The translations under genes were made by a program, and so were the position numbers. A stretch of 64,000 nt of DNA from Octopus vulgaris. Its lineage: Eukaryota. The notes beneath the pieces are model-generated. The model worked only from the letters and a program-made list of their open reading frames with translations, did not search any database and was not told where the DNA came from. Shown piece after piece: positions 54,706 to 64,000 of this stretch (position 1 is the first letter of the stretch; each line of letters begins with the position of its first letter). The stretch is from the NCBI GenBank assembly GCA_951406725.2, contig OX597840.1:15562001-15626000 (forward strand). The letters run 5' to 3'.

Positions 54706-55412
54706 CTATTTCTCCTTTCTTCAGTTTCCTCACTTTCTGACAAATTTTCTAACAATAATTACAATTATTAATTTTCTTTTCCTTTTTCTCCTCCTTTTTG
54801 TAAATAGCATTTATTTTCCAGAATGCCATGTCATATACAGAATTATAATTTACAATATTTTACTAAATATAAATTCATTTATTTATTTATTTAGTCTCTT
54901 GTAAATGCAATGACATTTGCCAAACAAACATATTTATTATATTTTACCATTTTTCCTAAATAATGTTAGATTTTACAATTTTTATGTTTTAATGCTATGT
55001 GATGTGTAACAACTGTTTATAACCATTGTTCCAATGATATCTATATATATATATATATGTCTATGTTTGTGTGTCTGTGTTTGTCCCCCAACAAGTGTCT
55101 TCTACTATAGCCTTGGGCCGACCAAAGCCTTGTGAGTGGATTTGGTAGATGGAAACTGAAAGAAGCCCGTCGTATATATATATATTTCTTTACTACCCAC
55201 AAGGGGCTAAACACAGAAGGGACAACCAAGGACAAACAAAGGGATTAAGTTGATTACATCGGCCCCAGTGCGTAACTGATACTTAATTTATCGACCCCAA
55301 ATAGATGAAAGGCAAAGTCGACCTCGGCGGAATTTGAACTCAGAATGTAAGAACAAACAAAATACAGCTACGCATTTCGCCCGGTGTGCTAACGTTTCTG
55401 CCAGCTCACCTG

Positions 55413-55509
<97 letters not shown>

Positions 55510-57424
55510 GTATGTATATGTGTGTGTGTGTGTGTGTATGTTCGTGTGTCTGTGTTTGTTCCCCCAACATCGCTTGACAACTGATGCTGGTATGTTTACG
55601 TCTCTGTAACTTAGCGGTTCGGCAAAAAGAGACCAATGGAATAAGTACTAGGCTTACAAAGAATAAGTCCTGGGGTAAATTTTCTCGACTAAAGACGGTG
55701 CTCCAGATGGCAACAGTCAAAGGACTGAAACAAGAAAAAGAGTAAAAGAGTAAAGAGTATATGTTCCCCACCTGGACAGGACGCAGGATAAGTAATCGCA
55801 GGGTGTACTCATGTACAGCTGAGTGGACTGAAGCAATGTGAAGAGAAGTGTTTTGCTCAAGAACACATGTCACCCGGTCCAGGGGTTGAAACTGCAATCT
55901 TAAGATCATAAATCTTAACACCCTAACCACTAAGCCATGTGCCTCCACTATTGTAGAAATGGTGTATAGTGTAGTGTTGCAGTAATATTCTGCTCTAGAC
56001 ACAAGGCCTGAAATTATGGGGGAAGGGGCCAGTCGATTAGATCGACCCTGGTATGCAGCCGGTACTTAATTTATTGACCCCCAAAAGGATGAAAGGCAAA
56101 GTTGACCTCAGTGGAATTTGAACTCAGAACGTAAAGACAGCCAAAATACTGCTAAGCATTCTGCCTGGCGTGCTAACGATTCTTATTTCTTTACTGCCCA
56201 CAAGGAGCTACACACAGAGGGGACAAACAAGGACAGATAAACGGATTAAGTCGATTATATCGAACCCAGTGCATAGCTGGTACTTATTTAATCAACCCCA
56301 AAAGGATGAAAGGCAAAGTCAGCCTCGGTGGAATTTGAACTCAGAATGTTGCAGTAGACAATTCTACCAACTCGCCACCTTAGCATCATAATAATATTCT
56401 TTTCTACACTAGACACAAGGCCCAAAATTTTTGGGGAGGGGCTGGTCAATTAGATCAAACCAGTACACAACTGGTACTTAATTTATCGACAAGCTTTCTT
56501 CTGTTTCCATCTACGAAATCCACTCGCAAGGCTTTGATCAGCCTGAAACAATAGTAGCAGACACTTGCCCAAGGTGCATGCAGTGGGACTGAACCCAGAA
56601 CCATGTGGTTGGGAAGCAAGTTTCTTACCACACAGCCATGCCTGCTCCTATAACATAAAAAGGAAAGAAGTCAAATTAAGTGTATTTAGAATTTGAAACC
56701 CCAACAACAAACTTTAAATACTGCAAATCACTCCTAACACCACAACTCCATCAGCTTCCAATCTCTGGGAAATCAGGGATTTTTTAGTTTTTTTCTCTCT
56801 TTAAACCAAATCGTTATGAATTCAAGTACTAAACTTTATTTTCCACATTTCAATTTTCCATGCGGAAATTTAATCCATTTTATCTCCTGTGTGGATGTAA
56901 TTTATTTGTGTGTCACTTCCAGCTGTTTTATTATTAAAACTAAAACTGTTTCTGTCATTTTATCCTCATCTTCTCCATTATCATCATCATCATAATTATA
57001 ATTATTTTAATGACAATTACGAAAATGATTGTTTATTAGCCTCGTCAGCATTTTTGTTATTAAGGGTGATGGATTACCATTGTTGAGGTTGGTGGCACGG
57101 TGTAAGGGGGGATATCAGTTTAAGAAGTTCACTAGGTATAGGAGTGGCTGTGTGGTAAGTAAGTTGCTTACCAACCACATGGTTCCAGGTTCAGTCCCAC
57201 TGCGTAGCACCTTGCGCAAGTGTCTTCTACTATAGCTTCCGGCTGACCAAAGCCTTGTGAGTGGATTTGGTAGATGGAAACTGAAAGAAGCCTGTCATAT
57301 ATATGTGTATATATAATTTTAATATTTCTATTATTGAAAACAAGTGGATGTATTCCACTGAAACTAGGTAAATAGATTCTTCGAACGGGGACAGTCAGTA
57401 GCGACACCTGCTGGGTCTGACTAC

Positions 57425-57467
57425 GCTGCATTGATAAAGGGTAAATACCCTGAAACATGTCTGCAGC
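57425..57467 (+). ncRNA. Minimal type I hammerhead motif, U3-A8 core variant
   Basis: GCTGCA TTGATAA AGGGT-aaat-ACCCT GAA AC-at-GT C TGCAGC. Confidence 0.72.
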
Positions 57468-57636
57468 TTTCTGACTGGCAGGATGAAGCGGCTGACCTCC
57501 CCTGTTTGAAGGTTTATAATGGACGCAGGTTGTGTGTCATATAGCTAGCTTGAGGCGGTGGCCTCTTGGAGCTAATCAGCGACAGCTTTAGTCTTATATT
57601 TATAAGACTGCCATATAAGTATGGCGATAACTATTA

Positions 57637-57680
<44 letters not shown>

Positions 57681-57705
57681 GTATGTATGTATGTATGTAT
57701 GTACG

Positions 57706-57758
<53 letters not shown>

Positions 57759-58607
57759 TTGTGTGTGTGTTTGTGTGTCTGTGTTTGTTCCTCCCCCCCC
57801 CCCAACATCGCTTGACAACCGATGCTGGTGTGTTTACATCACCGTAACTTAGTGGTTCGGCAAAAGAGACTGATAGAATAAGTACTAGGCTTACAAAGAA
57901 TAAGTCCTGGGATCGATTTGTTCGACTAAAGGCGGTGCTCCAGCATAGCCACAGTCAAATGACTGAAACAAGTAAAAGAGAGAGTAAAAAGTATTCCAGT
58001 CATGTAGTTTGGGGTTCAAACTCACTGTACAGCTTCTGGGGAAAGTTGTCTGTTGTCCTAACCTCAAATAAAACAAAGTCTTCTCAGTGAAGTTTGATAA
58101 ATGGGAATTGTGTAGAAGGTCCTCAGATGGTCGTTCAAAGGGGTCTTTTGAATGAACAGCACATGGAATTTATGTCTCCACACTATCCACTTGTAATAAC
58201 AAAATATGAACTTCTATCGGAACCTACATACCATGGACAAGAAGCATTTCTACCCATTCTACACAGCACTTTCCTTGGATAATGGAACTGCAACTGCAAC
58301 ATCCTACATATATTTTTATTCTCTTATTTCCCTTTATACTTCATATATCCATCCTTTTCCAAAGTAACTCCTTATACTGAACTCAGCTATTTCCCTCTAA
58401 TTAACTCTCTCGTATCGTTTCTGATGAAGGGATATCCCTAATATCCCAGAAACAGCTTTACAAATGTCCTAGAAATTTCACACTGCCTTTGCTTTGTTGT
58501 CTCACTTTATTTAATATATAAATGCGAAGAACCAAGAGTCTAAGTACAGTCCTCCCATAGCACTTACATAGCCTTACCTGCCATTTTGGGTCTTTTGGAT
58601 ACCAATA

Positions 58608-58640
<33 letters not shown>

Positions 58641-58764
58641 CCTCACTCAGAGATTTATCATTGCTTGTTTACACTTTTATGATATCAGTGACTTTTCGTG
58701 ACTGGAAAAAGGATATATATTTGCAAAGGGAACCTACTTTCCATTGACAACCGGTGATTGTCAC

Positions 58765-59834
58765 GTGCGTCGTTGAAGTGTTGTTTTTTGTGGAGTTGGA
58801 GTTTATGATATTGTGAGTTGCAGAAATTGTTATTAGAAATTTTATTGTTGAAAGTACTATTGTAGTTGAATTTTGAAAATTATTTTGTAGCTACCCTTTG
58901 TGGGTATGCAAACAAGTTACGCCCAGGCAGCAGGCAAAAGCCTGTCGGCCGACATGTTGCAGCTGAAAGAATTGAGAAGGAAGGTTTGAAGAAATATTTT
59001 GAAAATTTCAAGAAGGAGGGTGATTGCTTACAGATCACACTGCCGGAGGAAGACGCAGAAAAAGCGAGGAAAAAGATTATTGTATATAGAACGTGGAGTG
59101 TGGCCAACAAGAAAATAGAAGTGGAAAAAGTTGAAGAAAAAAACGGCAGAAAGAAAGAGAACAAGGGTGGAGTCACCACCAAAAAGCCCAAAGAAAAGTA
59201 AAGTAGAAAATGAAGGAAGAAAGACAACAGCAAGGGGAAAAAGTACAGAGATTCAAACCCAGAAACTGAAGACAATGACAGGAAGTAAAGAAGGTAAAAC
59301 CAGAAAAGAGAAATGCGAAGAATGGATGAGGAAGGTGATGGAGAGAGTAAATCATGTAAAACAAACAGGACGACCTATGGGAGAGAATGTAAGAAGGTTA
59401 ATTTTGTATGAAAAATATGGAGATTAAAAAAAGATTAACAAAAACAAAAGGACTGATACGAGTGAAATTAGAAAACGACATGTTCGAACCAAGCGCTAGA
59501 GCGGTGTTAATAGAAAAAGAAAAAATAGACAAATTGGCAGAGACATTTAAAGGAAAGATTAAAGTAAGTAAAACAGACGTTCGCTATGATAGCCTGCCCA
59601 ACGTGATTGGGATGGAGGATGTTATCAAACATATATCTGATGGATAAGTGGAACAGTTGCAAAATGTATAAATGAAACTGGGAGCTTGGGGGACTCGTAA
59701 GCCATTCCATTTCCCATTACACATAACTCATTTCATATTCATTATTTGTTTTATGTACCCCAAATTTTGTATTGTTTTGTATGTAAATTGTAATGTCCTT
59801 TTTATATTCAGGCTACATGCCTATAATAAAGAGA
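58765..59834 (+). mobile_element. 1070-bp insertion with 16-bp target-site duplication and broken K/E-rich ORF
   Basis: AACCGGTGATTGTCAC occurs at both 58749-58764 and 59835-59850. AATAAA at 59825. Overlapping ORF pieces span 58866-59647. Confidence 0.75.
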
Positions 59835-59847
59835 AACCGGTGATTGT

Positions 59848-59893
59848 CACACACTGATGATGGGTCAATACTCAGAAACTCGAGTCCGTGTGT
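59848..59893 (+). ncRNA. Minimal type I hammerhead motif
   Basis: CACACA CTGATGA TGGGT-caat-ACTCA GAA AC-tcga-GT C CGTGTG; A.C mismatch next to the cleavage site. Confidence 0.7.
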
Positions 59894-60848
59894 ATCATAG
59901 GTTGAAGATGGGAAGGATGGCTTCCCTTTGCAATTATTGATAGGGCACAGAAGGTGTGTCAATAGCCAGCTGGTGGAGGTGTCCTCCTGGGGCTACAAGC
60001 TACAGTAGCATCCACACTTAGGGGTTAGCTACATTTAAGTGGCAAATATACTTCATGGTATATATATATATATATATATTCCCATCGTCATCATCATTAT
60101 TATTTAATGTCCACTCTGCCATGTTTATATGGGTCAAACATAATTTGTTGAGATGGATTTTCTATGGCAGGGTGCCCATCCTATTGCCAACCCTCATCTT
60201 TTTCAAGCAAGGTAATATTTTCCCAATGCTAGCCATAATTTCACAGAAGATTAGAAATGGAGACTACTACTGGTACGGCATTGAATCTCACTTAGGACTA
60301 TCTTGTGATGTCAAGGCAAGGAGAGAGTAACACACTTGCACACACAAGCATGCTCAATATAATAGGTTTCTTTCAGTTTCCATCTACCAAATCTATTCAC
60401 AAAGTTTTCATTGGTCTATAGCTATAATGAAAAAAAGAAAACACTTACCCTGGGTACTTAACTGAAAGATTTTATTGTGTCTTCAATTTCATTCTATGGT
60501 GAAAATTATTAAAATTATAACACTCATTATGTCTTTCACATTGTTCCATACATTCAACCTTTTGATACCAAATTTCTGTTGAGATACACAGCCTTTTCAT
60601 TTCCAATAAATTTTTTTTTTAATATAAAAATTTATTAAAATAACTTTTTCATTATTAAGTTGGAAACAAATTAACATGAAATATAGGTGCAGGAGTGGCT
60701 GTGTGGTAAGTAGCTTGGTTACCAACTACATGGTTCCAGGTTCAGTCCCTCTGCATGGCACCTTAGGCAAGTATCTTCTGCTATAGCCTCGGGCTGACCA
60801 AAACCTTGTGAGTCGATTTGGTAGACGGAAACTGAAAGAAGCCCATCG

Positions 60849-60879
<31 letters not shown>

Positions 60880-61285
60880 GTGTATGTATGTATGCATGCA
60901 TGCATGCATGCATGCATGTATTTACTTGTTTCAGTCCTTTGACTGCAGCCATGCTGGAGCACCACCTTTAGTCGAGCAAATCAACCCCAGTACTTATTCT
61001 ATCGGTCTCTTTTGCCAAACTGCTAAGTTATGGTGAAGTAAACACACCACCATCGGTTGTCAAGCGATGTTGGAGGGACAAACACAGACACACAAACATA
61101 TACACACACCTACATACATATATACAATGGGCTTCTTTCAGTTTCCGTCTACCAAATCCACTCACAAGGCTTTGGTCAGCTCAAGGCTATAGTAGAAGTC
61201 ACTTGCCCAAGATGCCACGCAGTGAGACTGAACCTTGAACCATGTGGTTACTTACCACAAGCTACTTACCACACCCACTCCTGCA

Positions 61286-61328
<43 letters not shown>

Positions 61329-62022
61329 GTATGTATATATGTATGTGTTTGTGTGTGTGTGTTTATCACCCCATCGCATGACAACCGATGCTGGTATGTT
61401 TATGACCCTGTAACTTAGCGGTTCAGCAAAAGAGACTGATAGAATAAGTACTAGGCTAACAAAGAATAAACCCTGGGGTCGATTTGTTTGACTAAAGGCG
61501 GTGCTCCAGTATGGCCGCAATCAAATGACTGAAACAAGTAAAAAGAATGAAATTTTGAATGGAGTGTTTTAATTTAGAATACTTTAAGGCAGGACATTTC
61601 TATCCTAGAACCAGGGGTGAGGGCAGTCTCAGGAAAGGCTGGGAACAAAAGGGTTAACCCTTTTGTTACCCTATTTCTGTTGAAATACATGTTATTAATC
61701 TGGTGTTTGGAAAATAAATTAACAAGAAATTTTAATGGAATGTGTTAAATTTACATCACTTCAATACAGAAAGTCTGTCTGAAAGGAGTAGAGACAGTCC
61801 CGGATTATATTCAGTTTGAAATACTCTGACTTTGTCTTAATATATTTCAAAAATAGTAAAAGAACTGAAGATAATCTCGTCGTTAATTAAGCTGTGTTAT
61901 AAGGAACAAATTAACATGAAATTTTTATGGGAGGTTTTTATTTAGATCACATTAATAGAGGGCATGGATTGGATGGTTTGACATGTTCCAATGAGCTGCA
62001 GAGCATCATCAAGCTTTAATAC

Positions 62023-62375
62023 CTGCTTCGACATGGTTTCTACAGCTGGATGCCCTCCCTAATGCCAACCACTTTACAGAAAGGCCTGGGTGCTTTTCAT
62101 GTGGCAACAGCACTGGCCAGGTCTGCTTCGACATGGTTTCTACAGCTGGATGCCCTCCCTAATGCCAACCACTTTACAGAAAGGCCTGGGTGCTTTTCAT
62201 GTGGCAACAGCACTGGCCAGGTCTGCTTCGACATGGTTTCTACAGCTGGATGCCCTCCCTAATGCCAACCACTTTACAGAAAGGCCTGGGTGCTTTTCAT
62301 GTGGCAACAGCACTGGCCAGGTCTGCTTTGGCATGGTTTCTACAGCTGGATGCCCTTCCTAATGCCAACCTCTTT
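62023..62375. repeat. 100-bp tandem repeat, ~3.5 copies
   Basis: Units start at 62023, 62123, 62223 and 62323; the first three appear identical. Confidence 0.95.
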
Positions 62376-63387
62376 GCAGTGAGTATCAGGTGTGTTTTTT
62401 TTGTGATACCAACACTAGTGAGGTCACCAAGAAACACACAGGACAAGATTCCTCCACTGAATGGGATGTAATACAGGGAGAGGGCAGAAGAGGGTGATGG
62501 AAGGGAGATTCAGCAGTTATTTCTAGTTGATCAAAAAGCCAAATTGAAGCTCTATCACCGACTTATAAGTTGTTGTAGAAACAATGTCATAATATACCAA
62601 GGAGTACATTATCCAAAGTAACCTGTTTTTAAGGGAATAGACTATATCATTTGTGGCTGATTTGGTTGCTCTTTCTAGCATCCCAAGAGACTGCATGCAC
62701 TCTAATTTGTTGGCTCCTATATGTGGGTGGGTGTATGTATGTGTGCATGGATGTGTATTCTTTTATTCTTTTGCTTGTTTCAGTCATTTGACTGTGGCCA
62801 TGCTGGAGCATCACCTTAAAGGGTTTTAGTCAAATAAATCAACCCTTTTAAGCTTTCTACCTATTCTGTTGGGCTCTTTTGCCAAACTGCTAAGTTACAA
62901 GAGCATAAACATACCAGCACCAGTTGTCAAACAGTGTTGGCGGAGACAAACACTGACACACACACACACATGATGGGCTTCTTTCAGTTTCCATCAACCA
63001 AATCCACTCGTAAGTCTTTGGTTAACCTAAGGCTATAGTGGAAGACACTTGCCCAAGGTGCCATGCAGTGGGACTGAACCCAGAACCATGTGATTGGGAG
63101 GCAAGCTTCTTACCACACAGCCAAACCTGTACCTTATATATGTATGTGTATATGTGTTTGTATATATATATATATATTGCTCTTGCACGTGCAGCTGTGC
63201 ATGTACATGTGTGTGTGTATGTGCATATAACTCTGTGCACTTGCATGTGTGTGTGTGTGCATCTGTGCCTTCATATGGTAAAAGTTTACAAAATAATTTT
63301 GTTTTTATGTATTTCTCTAATAATCCCTGTATATTTCTGTTTTTCTTTTCTTTCTATATCCTACCCTTAACCCTCAACACTTCACAG

Positions 63388-63557
63388 ACTGGCCACACCA
63401 CAAATTACTAGAGAAGACCCTTTATTTTCAAGTGATTGACTATGACAGATTCAGCCGAGATGACCCGATCGGAGAAATTACCATTCCTTTGAACGAGGTG
63501 GATCTTACACAAAAAAAAAGCACATGGCGGTTTCTGGAACCATGCAAAGAGAGTAGG
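63388..63557 (+). CDS. Syt7: Synaptotagmin-7-like, next coding exon (C-terminal part of C2A)
   Basis: Pyrimidine tract and CACAG acceptor end at 63387; AGG|GTAAGT donor at 63558. The phase-1 join G+AC gives D, then WPHHKLLEKTLYFQVIDYDRFSRDDPIGEITIPLNEVDLTQKKSTWRFLEPCKESR, which continues C2A seamlessly and includes the DYDRFSRxD Ca2+-binding loop. Confidence 0.93.
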
Positions 63558-64000
63558 GTAAGTGTACAAGAAATGTTTGTTACTTTCTTCTGCTATAAGG
63601 CTGTGGCCATGCTGGAGTACTTAACCACTTCTGCTGGGTTTACACTTCCACAAAACAAGGAAGAGGGAAGGCGTTCTTTTATTGATGCTTGGAAAATTTT
63701 GTTTTTGTTTTTTATTATGGGGGGGGGGGTATAATGTGAAATTTATGGGGATTATGTATGAGCTCTATTGTTAATTATTATTACTGAGTGAGAAGGCAAC
63801 GCATGCCATCAAGGTGACCCTGAGGTACAAATATACAAACCCCAATATACCCATCGTGACTACCCATGCGAAAAAGGTACATCAGGCACATGCACCACAA
63901 CCATGTGTGCGTGACATGGTGGTTTCATATCAAGATAAACAGCACATAACCTTACATATGGGGGCCAGTTGGAATTTTCTTCAGATCAAGAAGCCCATAT

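Overview
AT-rich, microsatellite- and SINE-saturated animal genomic DNA. The repeat families resemble those I recall from Octopus/cephalopod genomes; this is inference, not a search result. The only host gene I can support is a synaptotagmin-7-like gene on the + strand. Two coding exons (9835-10204 and 63388-63557) splice in frame to build a complete C2A domain across one 53,183-bp intron. The intron and the upstream region contain a full-length but frameshifted mariner (TIRs plus TA duplication) nested in a probable Helitron, a Penelope-like RT/GIY-YIG fragment, an RTE-type LINE 5' end, R4/Dong-like elements sitting in (TAA)n tracts, MITEs, a HINE-like element, dozens of tRNA-type SINEs and tandem repeats. 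The main signal outside the ORF track is about a dozen sequence-diverse type I hammerhead-ribozyme (HHR) motifs of the Penelope/retrozyme type. These include U3-A8 core-covariation variants, a head-to-head HHR pair forming a perfect 66-bp fold-back, palindromes whose centres appear to fall within HHR stems, and one HHR whose long stem I was split by a 1.07-kb insertion with a 16-bp target-site duplication. Most other ORF-track entries are microsatellite or SINE artefacts.
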